Shown: positions 39,426 through 52,169, numbered from the stretch's first letter. The stretch is DNA of 64,000 bases from Octopus bimaculoides (GCF_001194135.2 NC_068983.1:167962514-168026513); one strand, 5' to 3'. Made by a program: numbers and translations. The notes: generated by a model from the sequence alone, not told the origin.

Positions 39426-40041
39426 AGGGTACAACTCAACACCACCAACTTTGCCGACTTAATGTCAGGACAACCCAACATCAGGAAAATTGATTAATAA
39501 ATAATTTATTCATTTTATAACATTATCAGGTATCAATAAAAGCTTAATTTAATACAGGACATAAATTTTAAAATTCGAATAAAAGTAATTGAGAAACTAT
39601 ACATTTTTAATACAATGCTAAAATTTACATGAGATATGTATTGAAAGTTGTATGCAATTCCCTTCAAATATTCTGTGAGAGACTGTTCTAGAAAAAAAAG
39701 AAAACAATATGAAGAATTCTATCATCTGCCTTCATATACTTCTTCAGTTTAGGGGAGAGCGATGACTTTCAATCAGTTGCTCAAAAAATGCATCTCGGTT
39801 TCTTTGCACCTTGTGCAGCCCATTTATGAATCCCCAGATTGTGGGGGGCTCCATTCCCAGCTCGGTCTGGAGTCTTCTATTTGCTGCTTCAGCATGGTTA
39901 GTTATCTGCGTCGATTTGGTCTCCCAATACAGGTATCTTACAAATTTCTGATAATATTATAAAATGAATAAATTATCTATTAAGCAATTTTCCTGGTGTT
40001 GAGTTGTACTGGTATTGAGTCAGCAGTGGTGAGTTGTCCCT
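39426..40041 (-). mobile_element. Internally deleted Mutator-like (MULE) element with ~100-bp TIRs
   Basis: TIRs at about 39426-39529 and 39948-40041 (caggaaaattg.ttaata.ataatttattcattttataa.attatcag). The minus-strand remnant at about 39640-39915, TNHAEAANRRLQTELGMEPPTIWGFINGLHKVQ...KKYMKADDRILHIV...EYLKGIAYN, is typical of a MULE transposase C-terminus. Confidence 0.8.
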
Positions 40042-40571
40042 ATTTGATTAGATTAACATTTCAATTTTTAAAAAATGAATAACATCAAAACAGAAATCAG
40101 TTTCCAAGTAGCATGCTTCACTAAGACTATATCCTATAATTACAAATAAAACACTCTAATTAGTCAATTCAGACAGGTACAAATGAAGCAGAGGTGGAGG
40201 AGACCAAGGGTGAAGTGATATTTCTCTAAAAAATAAGCATACAAAAATAAAATTTCACCATCTAAATAAGTTATTGGACTGATTATTATTATTATTACTA
40301 TTTTTTGTGTAGCCTTGCTTGTGTAACATTACAAACTCTCTCCACAAAATTCAACTGGAAATAAAGATTAAAAAGCTAGAATAATTAATACGGAATATTA
40401 ACTACTAATTAGTATCATTGTGTTCTTCACAAAGTACATAATCTAAGGAAAGGCTCATGCAATGCTGTGGAAAATAGGAGTAATACAGGAATTCTACATT
40501 GCAGACAATAGAGTAGAATCAGAGATTTTATTGAGTGAAGATTCTATAGAAAGACACCCACCCACCCACAC

Positions 40572-40609
<38 letters not shown>

Positions 40610-40732
40610 CAAGTGACGAAGTGTGCAGTCAGCAGCATGCCAATGGCTGCAATAAGGTGCAGGGAGGCTGCTAGTGAGAGAGGACATGTGTTACCAGCAG
40701 CATGCCAACGGCTGCCACATGTGCATTATTAG

Positions 40733-40917
40733 AGGCCCAACACTTGAAAGGAACTCAGCCACTTTGTCTCCATGAAGCCCAATGTTCAAAAGATACTCAG
40801 CCAATTTGCCTCCGTCAGGCCCAATGCTCAAAAGGTACTTAGCCACTTAGCATCTGTCAGGCCCAACGCTTGAAAGGTACTCAGTCATTTTGCCTTCGTG
40901 AGGCCCAACATTCAAAG
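40733..40917. repeat. 42-bp minisatellite x4.4 derived from the RTE ORF end
   Basis: Units start at 40733, 40775, 40817, 40859 and 40901 (aggcccaa.g.t..aaaggtactcagcca.tt.gcct..gt.). Similar to gcctcggtgaggcctaatgttcgaagg in the RTE copies. Confidence 0.85.
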
Positions 40918-40919
40918 GT

Positions 40920-42420
40920 TGATTTTTTTTACATGCCACCAGCATGCACTTGACTTAACAGTTCCTCTTAAGCAAAGCACATCGCCAAAGGTCTGGGTCA
41001 CTAGTCATTGCCTCTGTGAGGTTCAAAGTTCGAAGGTCATGCTTCACCACCTTGTCCCATGTCTTCCTGGGTCTACCTCTACCACAGATTCCATCCACAG
41101 AGATTGGCATTTCTTTACACAACTGTCCTCGTCCATACGCATCACATGGACATGCCAGCACAGTTGTCTCTCTTGTCCAGCACATCTGATTCTTCTTATG
41201 CCTAACTGTTCTCTCAAGATGCTTACACTCTAACGAACTCACACACTGACATTGCACATCCAGCGAAGCATACTGGCTTCATTTCTTTCATGCCTACACA
41301 TATCCTCAGTTGTCACAGTCCATGTTTCACTGCCATGCAGTATAGCTGTTCACACACAGGCATCAAACAATCTGCTTTTCACTCTGAGGGAGAGGCCTTT
41401 TGTTGCCAGAGGGGGTAAGAGCTCTCTGAATTTTGCCCAGCCTAATCTTATTCTCACAGCTATACTCTCAGAACAACCACCTCCACTACTAACCTGGTCA
41501 ACTAGATACCGGAAGCTATCTACTACCTCTAGCTTGCACCCCTGGCAGTTGATGGAGTCTATTTTCCATGCATGTTCAGCATTTATTAAGCTTGTGCACC
41601 TTCTACATACAAAAGTTAGTTTCCTTGTTAACCTTCCTCTGACGTTGCTGCACCTTTTGTGTGTCCAAAGCTTACACAGGGTGCATCTTATGGAGTTTCT
41701 ACCTATACCTTTTCTACAGATTGAGCAGGGACATCTACCTGAGGGGATTTGTGATTTGTCTGCCTTCCTACTTATTAAGACTTTGGGTTTTATTAGGTTA
41801 ACTCTAAGGCCCTTCAATTCTTGATCTTGTTTCCATACCTGGAACTTCTTCTCTAGATCAGGTAGTGATTCAGCTTTAAGAGCAAGGTCATCAGCATAGA
41901 GGAGCTCCCAGGGGCAACCTGTCTTAAATTCCTTTGTTATTGCCTAGAGGACTATGATGAACAAGAGGGGACTGAGCACTGATCCTTGGTGAACCCCTGT
42001 GTGTACTCTGAATTCTTTGCTGTACTCACTGCCAACTCTCACCTTACAGGTAGCATCCCTGTACAAGGCTTGTACAGCTCTTACAAACCACTCATCTATC
42101 CCTAGTTTCCGCATTGACCACTAGATAATGGACTAGGGGACAGTCAAAAGCTTTCTCCAAGTCAACAAAAGCCAAGTACAGGGGTTTATCTTTGGCTAGG
42201 TATTTCTCCTGCAGAAATATAGCATCTCATCTAGACTAACTCTCTCCCTGATTAGTTGGGCTAGGATTCCCTCCATAACTTTCATCACCTGATCCAACAA
42301 TTTGATACCTCTGTAATTATTTCAATCTAAGGCACCACCTTTACCTTTGTAGCAGTTAACTGTGATGCTGCTACACCAGTCAATTGAGTAGGGCTCTTTC
42401 ATGAGCCACCTGATTTACAA
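40920..42420 (-). mobile_element. 5'-truncated RTE-clade LINE (RT and C-terminal region)
   Basis: NYRGIKLLDQVMK, LLYADDLAL, GLRVNLIKPKVL, CSICRKGIGRNSIRCTLCKLWTHKRCS and GRGRPRKTWDKVVKHDL. Confidence 0.92.
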
Positions 42421-43901
42421 TACAGGTGACTAGGCCATAACCCACACCACCAGATATTTCAAGCATCTCAGCGGTGATTCCTGATAGGCTGGGAGCTTTC
42501 CTTGTCTTCATATCCTTAATTGCTTTTGAAATCAACCCTTTGGAGTTAATAAAATGAAGTACCAGTCAAATACTGGGGTTAATGCAATCAGTTTGCTTCT
42601 TCCCCTCAAAAAAAAAAACAAAAAAAAATGCTTGCAAAGGATCAGCATCCTGTTCAAAATGCATGTTGTAATCTCTACCATGGAAACCAGGTGACCAGCC
42701 ATATGAATCCTAGTGCTTTGACAAAAAAAAAAAAACCCACACATATATAATGTCACTATAACTAAATCCACCAAAGCACAGAATATACAGCTAAAACGGT
42801 TTCAAATTACCTTTCTAACTTTCTCTAGTCTAAGAAAGCTTCTTTCCCCAAAGAGACTTGTAGTAATAGTTTAATTGATTGATAAACCACCATAAAAATA
42901 GCTCAACTTCTAATTCATGAGGAAGGTATGTGCTTTCTCTTTGATCATCATTCCTGTTATATACTCTTATACCTAGAGGTAAGGATGTTGCATTTGAGAC
43001 TGATGCTTTCACATCATCAGCTCAACTGAGCAGTGTTGTGTTCTTCAACAATATACTTCATTTCCCATTGCTCCGTCCACTTAGCTGTCAATGAGTTACA
43101 GCAATAACAGGAAAGTTAACTCTGAATCAGATATGCATCATGTCCAGTGGGGAGTGCTTTTAATCTCAATCACTATGGAGACCAGATGTTCTAAGATTTA
43201 TGACACACCTAAGTTCTACTCTTTACTAACACAGTCATAATTGAACATCGAGGTTTCCATGCTTGCATGGATCAGACAGTCTTTGTTAGGGCTGATTTTC
43301 TACAGCCTGATGCCTTACCCCATGGCCAGACACGTTTTTTGTGCAAGAAAGACTTAAAACAAAAGACATCACCCATATAATGATGATGTTCATTTACAAC
43401 TATAATATGATCCCAAGACAAAAGTACACAAACATACACTGTGTGTGTGTGTATTTATATCATCCATCAACATCACTTAATACCTATTTCCCATTCGTGG
43501 AATAATATAAATTATCATAGAAATGTTCTGAAGTTTTTTTGTTTTTTTTTTTTGAAGAAGACTTCTCCAATTGAACCTTAAATCCTGTTCCTTGCCAATT
43601 CAGATCTGGAGTTTCACATGAAAGGCATTGTTGGCGAAACCCCACTTGAGAGAAGACAAGCTAATCTAACGATAATATTTCTGCTGGTAAATATCCAATT
43701 GAATAAAATTTATAGGAAATCTAAACTTAAAATATAATATAGTTTCATATTGATTTCAAGCTAATCCCACCTCTCTCTCTCTCTCTCTCACATACACACA
43801 CTTTCTGATTAAGAGTTTTTTTCATTCCAGGCAGATTACCAACTGATGTAACTCCACAACACTCCACCTTCTACTTCATACTTTATCCTTAGTTTTCTTT
43901 T

Positions 43902-43953
<52 letters not shown>

Positions 43954-44620
43954 AGAGAGAGGGAGAGAGAGAAAGAATACACTTCTAATTTCCATTTTCT
44001 GAACAATCCTCCAGATTCACAGCATAGTGCACATAAATATCAATTAAGGCAATCACTAACTAAAAAACTATTAGAATCACTATCAACGTCCATTTTGCTA
44101 TGCTTGCATGAATCTGTTGTGTTTATTACTGAGGCAGATTTTCTAATGTTGGATGCCCTTTTTGTTGCCAACCTTCTATTTTCAAGCAAAGTAATATTTT
44201 CCCCATGGCCTGACATGGTTCCACAATTTGGAAATGAATGATACTGCTTGTAGGATAGTGGCATGCATTTACAACTATCACACAACACACACACATGATG
44301 AGCTTCTTTCAGTTTCTGCCAACCCAATCCCCTCACGAAGCTTTGGGGGATATAGTAAAAGACACTTGCCCAATGGGCTACACAGTGGAACCGAACCTGA
44401 AATGTGGTTGGGAAGCAAACTTAACCACACAGCCACACCAACATTCTATGAATTTGATTTAATTAACTAAAATCTCTCAAAGGTGGTACTCCAGCATAAT
44501 CCTACTACAACTGAAACTAGTACAAAAAAAAGAGAGAGAGAGAAACTAGTCAAGCATTCTATAAACAAACATGAAACATTAGTTAAAATAAAAAACCTAT
44601 CAATCATCATCATCATCGTT

Positions 44621-45505
44621 NNNNNNNNNNNNNNNNNNNNNNNNNNNNNNNNNNNNNNNNNNNNNNNNNNNNNNNNNNNNNNNNNNNNNNNNNNNNNNNN
44701 NNNNNNNNNNNNNNNNNNNNNNNNNNNNNNNNNNNNNNNNNNNNNNNNNNNNNNNNNNNNNNNNNNNNNNNNNNNNNNNNNNNNNNNNNNNNNNNNNNNN
44801 NNNNNNNNNNNNNNNNNNNNNNNNNNNNNNNNNNNNNNNNNNNNNNNNNNNNNNNNNNNNNNNNNNNNNNNNNNNNNNNNNNNNNNNNNNNNNNNNNNNN
44901 NNNNNNNNNNNNNNNNNNNNNNNNNNNNNNNNNNNNNNNNNNNNNNNNNNNNNNNNNNNNNNNNNNNNNNNNNNNNNNNNNNNNNNNNNNNNNNNNNNNN
45001 NNNNNNNNNNNNNNNNNNNNNNNNNNNNNNNNNNNNNNNNNNNNNNNNNNNNNNNNNNNNNNNNNNNNNNNNNNNNNNNNNNNNNNNNNNNNNNNNNNNN
45101 NNNNNNNNNNNNNNNNNNNNNNNNNNNNNNNNNNNNNNNNNNNNNNNNNNNNNNNNNNNNNNNNNNNNNNNNNNNNNNNNNNNNNNNNNNNNNNNNNNNN
45201 NNNNNNNNNNNNNNNNNNNNNNNNNNNNNNNNNNNNNNNNNNNNNNNNNNNNNNNNNNNNNNNNNNNNNNNNNNNNNNNNNNNNNNNNNNNNNNNNNNNN
45301 NNNNNNNNNNNNNNNNNNNNNNNNNNNNNNNNNNNNNNNNNNNNNNNNNNNNNNNNNNNNNNNNNNNNNNNNNNNNNNNNNNNNNNNNNNNNNNNNNNNN
45401 NNNNNNNNNNNNNNNNNNNNNNNNNNNNNNNNNNNNNNNNNNNNNNNNNNNNNNNNNNNNNNNNNNNNNNNNNNNNNNNNNNNNNNNNNNNNNNNNNNNN
45501 NNNNN
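44621..45505. other. Assembly gap (N run). Other gaps: 3062-3071, 21272-21281, 21895-21942, 27851-27995, 30755-31625, 33752-33851, 35839-35877
   Basis: Runs of N. The long poly-X ORFs in the track are artefacts of these gaps. Confidence 0.99.
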
Positions 45506-46505
45506 ACTTTCTCTAAAACAGGATTAAAATAAACTGATCTTTTTTTTTTACCAAGTTATTTTGTAATCGAAATACAGTGTCAGCAAAAGATTTATGAATT
45601 TTAACTCATTTCAATAATTGAGCCACCATAATTCTGCCTTCAATTTTCATTTATCTATACTATAATGGAGAAAGCTGCTTACTAATAAGGTATGTAACAA
45701 TTACTAGAAGTACTAAAAGAAAGTAATTATTAAAGGGTTGACCATCTGGAAATATTTTTATAAATTCATGTTTTAAGAAATTTCCTATAATTTCAATCTC
45801 TCAACTTTGTTGAATCTTTCATTGCATCCAATTCTTCACAAATTTAAATATTCATTGCATTCACTGCAGAGTATTCCATTTTCATTTGCAGAGTCTCCCA
45901 CTTTCTCTTTTAATGTTTTCATTTCAAGTTTTAATTCGCTGTTTGAAAAACCAACAGTTAATTCTATTAATGTATACATAATGTAAAAACATTTACTGAA
46001 TGAAATTTTTTTTAAATACCCATATAATTTTTGTAAAAAAATTTTAAAGTGATTTTGTTGTTATGGCTGTTTGGAATGCTATAAATTTTACAATAATGTC
46101 TATCTGGACTGATTTTGGCTGTTTTCCTTTTTAACTTAAAAACCATGGGAGGAGCGTTTGCAGTAAAAAAAATTGTAAATATTTTCAGAGGAAAAGGTAA
46201 ACAATTGAAGGGAGGTTTTGCTGTTGTTTCTAGCACAACCCAACTCCCCCTGTCCTTTTCATTCTCACATGTATTGATGTTTTTTCAATATTTTTCTCCC
46301 ATTAAATATATTTTATGGAATGATGCTGCTGAAGTAACACATGTGTGGTCCATTGGTGGATGAAAATCAACAAAATAAATTGTAATCTAAATTTTTACCC
46401 CACCTGAATCAAGCGAAGCCGTGTGTGTAAGAAAAAACATTTTCTATACTATTAAAATGAACTATTGTTTACATAACTTTTTATTACATCAACAACAATT
46501 GCTGC

Positions 46506-46775
46506 ATGGAAGATGTTTGTAAGCCACTCAAGAACACACAAAAAATTAGTTTCACTTCAACATTTAAATTTCATCTGTGTCAAAATATTTTGTCGCTTTG
46601 AAACCGCGACCTGTTCACTGACAAAACTTTGTGCTGCATCATTCTTGTGAAGTTTTGTCAGTGAACAGGTCGGTGTTTCAAAGCGACGAAATATTTTGAC
46701 ACAGATGAAATTTAAATGTTGAAGTGAAACTAACAGCATTTGTGTCTTCTTGAATGGTTTACAAACATCTTCCAT
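46506..46775. repeat. Long palindrome/foldback (about 125-bp arms, 20-nt spacer)
   Basis: atggaagatgtttg...ctgttcactgacaaaactt (46506-46629), spacer 46630-46649, then aagttttgtcagtgaacag...caaacatcttccat (46650-46775). Confidence 0.9.
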
Positions 46776-47971
46776 AATACAACTGCTTTTGTTTCAGCAC
46801 ATGATCTCAGATCAAGTCACTTGCTATGCAAATACATCTCCGTAATTTTTTAAAATCACTGTGGATAAATGCCAGCAATGACTTCCTTCCCAGTTTCTCC
46901 AATATTCTAATTTCTAAACAGAAACAATCGGGAGCAGGGAGTGGAGTTGCAAAAAATTCCCAGTTTCTCAAATTTTCTTTTTTTCATAGCATATAAAATG
47001 TATTTATGAGGGAAAAGTTTTCATTTTACTGGATGTTATGAGGCAACTAAGTCAGGGGCATACACATCTGTAATAATGCCTTTTTGTTTACACAATTTTT
47101 TCATCTCATCTTTATTTCATTCATTGTTTGCAATGTTCTCTCTCCCCACTCTCTCTCTCTCTCTTATACACACACTGCAAAGCTTACAGATGGGCTGCTG
47201 AATTGTAGTCTCTAGTTGCTTTAATACAACATCAAAAAGTTACCGTCTTTGCTTTCACATCATCATAATTCATAAATATTTTACAGGTACAAAGAGTTAA
47301 GTGAAGTTGTTTGCACTCAATTTGTAGTACTACTAGCAACCAATAGCACAACTACAATAGATCAGGAGGTTAGAGAAAAGCAGAGAGCCAAATAGAGTAA
47401 ACAGAATGGAGAAACAGCAGCAAGCACTTCCACGACTAATGAATGTGAACCTTGGGATCATAAAAAGAAACCCCAAACTTACTTTCAATGATATGCATGG
47501 GTGGCTTAGAAGTTTGCTTTGCAACCATATAGTTTGAAGTTCAGTACCACTGCATGATATATTAGGTATTTTCTACTACAGCCCAGATCTAATCAAAGGC
47601 TTGTAAATGGATTTGGTAGATGGAAACTGAAAGAAGATCAATGTGTGTGTGTGTGTGTGTGTGTGTCATTTTGTCTTGATATCATGCGATAGCTGTAAAT
47701 CCATGTCACTGTCGTACAAGCAGTGTCATTCATTTTCAATATTCTGTAAAAACATGTCTAGCCATGAAGAAACATTACCTTACTTGGGAATAGATGAGGG
47801 TTGGTGACGGGGAGTTCATCCAGCAGTTGAAAAATCTGCTTCAATAAAATCCATGCAAGTATGGAAAAATGGATGGTGATGTGTGTGTGTATAAATCTTT
47901 AGACGTATTTAATCACAAGCTCTAATACATATTTTCTGTCCTCTCATTAGAATTATTGGTCTAGTAGAGTA

Positions 47972-48024
47972 GCTTTGACTGATGAGATCGCAACAAGATT
48001 GAAACACTGCAGTGTATCAAAGTT
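47972..48024 (+). ncRNA. Type I hammerhead ribozyme motif (Penelope/retrozyme-like)
   Basis: GCTTTGA-CTGATGA-GATC(gcaacaa)GATT-GAAA-CAC(TGCA)GTG-TA/TCAAAGT. All core nucleotides and three stems are present. Predicted cleavage after 48016. Confidence 0.85.
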
Positions 48025-49464
48025 TGTTTGTACCAGTGAATGTTATGAAGACATTGTCTAAAAGAAGGTGTTCACTGTTGACCCCACCAAAACAAAAAAC
48101 AAAACAAAAAAAACAAACAATGGATAACCCTAACCCTAACCCATACTGAGAATGTATAGATACGTTATTGTATCATATACTGGCATTTGAACAGAATATT
48201 TAATTTGTAAAATTTTGTTTCATCTTATTACAGTGTTTAATATGTCTTTATACCAACAGTTCATCAATAGAATCAGTACATTTATACAATATAATAATCT
48301 GACAAAAAAATGTTTATTCATCTTGATTCTAAGAGATGCTGAACATTTATTTCCACTTCAACATAAATAGAGAAAACCCTGCTCAAAAAATATTTTATCC
48401 AAATTAATAAAGGCTGAAATGTTAATATAAGCACTGACCATTTTTAAAATACACACACACACACACACACTTATAAAGGTGATAAAATGAATAAAACAAG
48501 TAGACCACTGGGGATTAAAGAGCCAATTTCTCTAAATTATAGGATTACATAGCATGGGTTATAATTAACTGTTTAATTTATACAATACAACTAATAAACA
48601 TTGATAGTATGAGTAACTGAACATCATTAAAGGTTAACAATTTTGAAAACAACATCTAAAATAGTTTTAATTAAGTTACTCAGATCTAACTGAAAGATGA
48701 AATTGTTACACAAGTTTGTTGTGAAACAATAGTCAAAACTGAAATGATTGCTCTTAAGAAACAGGAAATTGAAGGCCTAAAACAGTGATAGGAGGAATTA
48801 AAGCAATTAGTAACAAAATGAAGAACAAACACTTGTGGATGGTTACTAAATTATGCTAATAATATATTAATGATGATAATTAGATGGGATGATTGCACCA
48901 TTTGTTCTAATTAAACTTAATAGTACTTTTGTTAAGCAATAAAATGGAACATTATTTCTTACACTGCTCACAATTGTTGTCCTCCCTACCTTACTAAATT
49001 CAACCAAAGTTCTCCAAAGTAGCTGGATCAGAAATAAACAAATATTTTACACTTAAACTACTTTATTCAACAATATGCATACATATTTAGCAGCTTAATA
49101 AGGCTTTGGACCATTTAAAAACGGTTTCTATGAAAATAGATGAAAACTTTTAATATTTTATTTATTTAGATTTCTACCAGAACTTCTGCCTGCAGTATTA
49201 ATAAAGCTGATTTCACTAATACAGATGACGAATGCAGACAGTTTCTACATTGTTTAAAAGTAACCCCAGTATAAACTACACTGACAGAGATTAGGAAATA
49301 AACAGTCTTGATGGTAAAACAAGTAAAACTATCTTTAAACATGTGAAAAGTGTTATCAACCCCTTGACCATTACATGTTGAGGAGATGAAGTGAGATCAG
49401 TTCTAATTATTAACTTGAAAAGCTGTGTTAATGAATTACCTATCTAACATCATAGAGAGAAATA

Positions 49465-49845
49465 TATTCTTTTCTACTCTAGGCACAAGGCCCGAAATTT
49501 TGGAGGAGGGGGCCAGTCGATTAGATTGACCTCAGTACGCAACTGGTACTTAATTTATCAACCCTGTAAAGATGAAAGGTAAAGTCGACCTTGGCGGAAT
49601 TTGGACTCAGAATGTAAGGACAGATAAAATACTGCTAAGAAATTCGCCCAGTGTGCTAACGTTTCTTATTTCTTTGCTGCCCACAAGGGGCTACACACAG
49701 AGGGGACAAACGGATTAAGTCAATTATATCGACCCCAGTGTGTAACTGTTACTTGGCAGAATTTGAACTCAGAACGTAGTGGCAGACGAAATACCGCTCA
49801 GCATTTTGCCCAGCATGCTAACGTTTCTGCCAGCTCACTGCCTCA
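49465..49845 (-). mobile_element. Head-to-tail dimer of family A SINE with two different tails
   Basis: First unit ends gccccttgtgggcagcaaagaaataag and is fused at aaacgttagcac to a second unit ending gccttgtgcctagagtagaaaag. Confidence 0.75.
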
Positions 49846-50294
49846 TGGAGAGAAATCTATTAGAGCCAGGCAGTGTGTATAGCTAAATTAGTCTATTTGA
49901 CAATGAGAATAACTGTTTCTAGAATAGATAACCCAGGGGATAAAAAATTAAAAAATAGACATTAAGCCTCATCTCTTTCATGCTTATCTTTAAGAGTTAC
50001 TCATTTTCTTTAAGACTGACAAAAGAGAAAGAATAAATCAAACACACAGCACAGGTGATTTGATTAAAATACGTTTTCCTTAAATACTGCAACTGTCCAT
50101 CTGAAGCTGGAAGAAACAACAAAAATACACAGCTAATATTTCCAGAGCCATTAACTGAAATATGTTGACTGAGGCAATATCTACATTCTACTTATTAAAC
50201 TAGAAAATACCTTTAATTAAGGATGTTCAGATGACATAACAACAGATTACTAGCTTTATTATTATCTCATCATCACCATTAATATCATTATTAT

Positions 50295-51167
50295 AGATGT
50301 TGCACAGTTTACAATATTGTGAGGTTGTTGACTGAAGATATTGTGCCTACCGGGTGTTTGTACTGTTTGTCAAGTCACAAGGACACTTTACGCAATGTGT
50401 GTGCAGTTCCAAGTAATGCTGACTTTTGCAATACATCTTGATTATAGGGTATCTCTAAGGTTTTCAGATGCTTTTTCAGATTGGGTGGCATTGAACCCAA
50501 TGCTCTGATGACAATAGGGATAATCTTTATGTTCGACCCGCATAGCTGCCACATCTTAGCCATCTCAATTCTCATATCTCCATATTTATCAACCTTTTCT
50601 CTTTCTTTCATGATACTGGTACTGCCATGTCAATTATTAGGCATTCTTGTTTGTTCCTCCTAAAGGTTACTATATCCAGCCTTTGGGGCTCTAATACCTT
50701 GTCTGTCTGGAAGTCAAAGTTCCCTTCCCCTTTACGTCCATTACCTTTTCTGGTATATGTTGATACCAAGCACCCCTAAACTCACATTCATACTTATAGC
50801 ATAGTAGCCAGTGGAGGGTTTGGGTTACCTTGTCATGTCTACACTTGTACTCTTTCTGCGCAAGACTTTCACAAGCACTAACAATGTGAGTCATGCTTTC
50901 AACCCTCTTCCCACACGTTCTGCAGATGTCTGTTGCATTTGTGTGGTGTATATTCTTTTTCACTGAGTTGGTATTCAATGCCTGGTCCTGGGCAATGATG
51001 ATTAGGCTTTCAGTATTCTTTTTCAGGTCACCCTCCCTGATGCTTCCTGGTCTTTTAATTTGTTGGTTTCATGGTGGAGCTGACCATGTAATTCCATGCG
51101 GAGTAGGGTTTCTCCTCTCTCGCTGGCTGTTCTTGATCAGAATTCATAAGAATAATAAATTTTGGTT
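50295..51167 (-). mobile_element. R4/Dong-clade 3' fragment (CCHC and RLE domain) between ATT-rich tracts
   Basis: CRTCGKRVESMTHIVSACESLAQKEYKCRHDKV..LHW and KVDKYGDMRIEMAKMW...IIPIVIRALGS...LQKSALLGTAHTLRKV. Confidence 0.9.
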
Positions 51168-51639
51168 ATCATTATTATTATTAAGACAGTGACCTAGTAG
51201 AATTGGTCGTGCAACAGAGAAAATGCTGAGCAGTATTTCTTGTGAATCATTATGTTCTAAGTTCAAATTTCACTGGGGTCAACTTTGCCTTTTATCTCTC
51301 CAAGGCTAATAAAACAAAGTATCAGTCAAGTACTGAGATTGATGGTATCTACGAATCCCTCCCTCTAAAATAGCCGGCTTTGTGCCAAAATTTGAAACCA
51401 TAAAGGTGATGAGCTGACAGAATTATTAGTGTAGTAGACAAAATGGTTTGCAGCATTTTTTTTTTTTCTGGCTTTAGATTCTGAGTTCAAATATACACTG
51501 AGGTCAACTATGCCTTTCATCATTTCAGAGTCAATAAAATAAGTACCAGCTAACTAATGGGGTCAATGTGATTGACTTGCCCACCTCCTGGTAAATTTGC
51601 TGATCTTGTGCCAAAATGTGAAACATTATTATTATTATT

Positions 51640-52145
51640 GAGTGAGAGAGTAGAGCCTGCCATCAAAGTGACACTGGGGTACAAATATACAAAGCCCAAT
51701 GTACCCATCATTAATATCCGTCTGATCAGGGTACACTGGGCACATGCATCACAACCATATGTGCATGATATGGTGACCTTATATCAAGATAAAAAGTGCA
51801 TGATCTTGCAGGTGGGGCCCAGTTAGAATTTCCTTCAGGTCGAGTAGCCCATCCCGCTCAAAATGTCCCTGAATAAGTGAATTATCCAAACCTCAAAGAA
51901 TACCTCTCCACATATGGTTATGATGCTGCCCCACTACTTCTGCCCATGATTAGAGATGCACATATTGTCAACCACCAGGGGACATGCTCAACTGGTTAAG
52001 GTCAAACAACTGACAAGCAAATCTGTGGTATTGAGCAGAATATTTGCTACAATCCATCTTTTTTATATCAAGACAAAACAATGTATATGATAATACTTCC
52101 AATTAGTGAAGATCAGAAGCCATGCCTGGTACTGCATCCGGGCAT
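51640..52145. mobile_element. Unclassified ~500-bp non-coding interspersed element inserted in (ATT)n
   Basis: Sharp boundaries against (ATT)n on both sides, no ORF, higher GC than the flanks. Confidence 0.55.
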
Positions 52146-52169
52146 TTATTATTATTATTATTATTATTA

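Noticed and set aside
40733-40917. Regularly spaced repeats as a possible CRISPR array
   Set aside because: Units are contiguous with no unique spacers, the context is eukaryotic, and the sequence derives from RTE.
42988-43030. CTGATGA-tgt-GAAA on the minus strand (minimal hammerhead?)
   Set aside because: No UH triplet in register with stem I; it is just a local inverted repeat.
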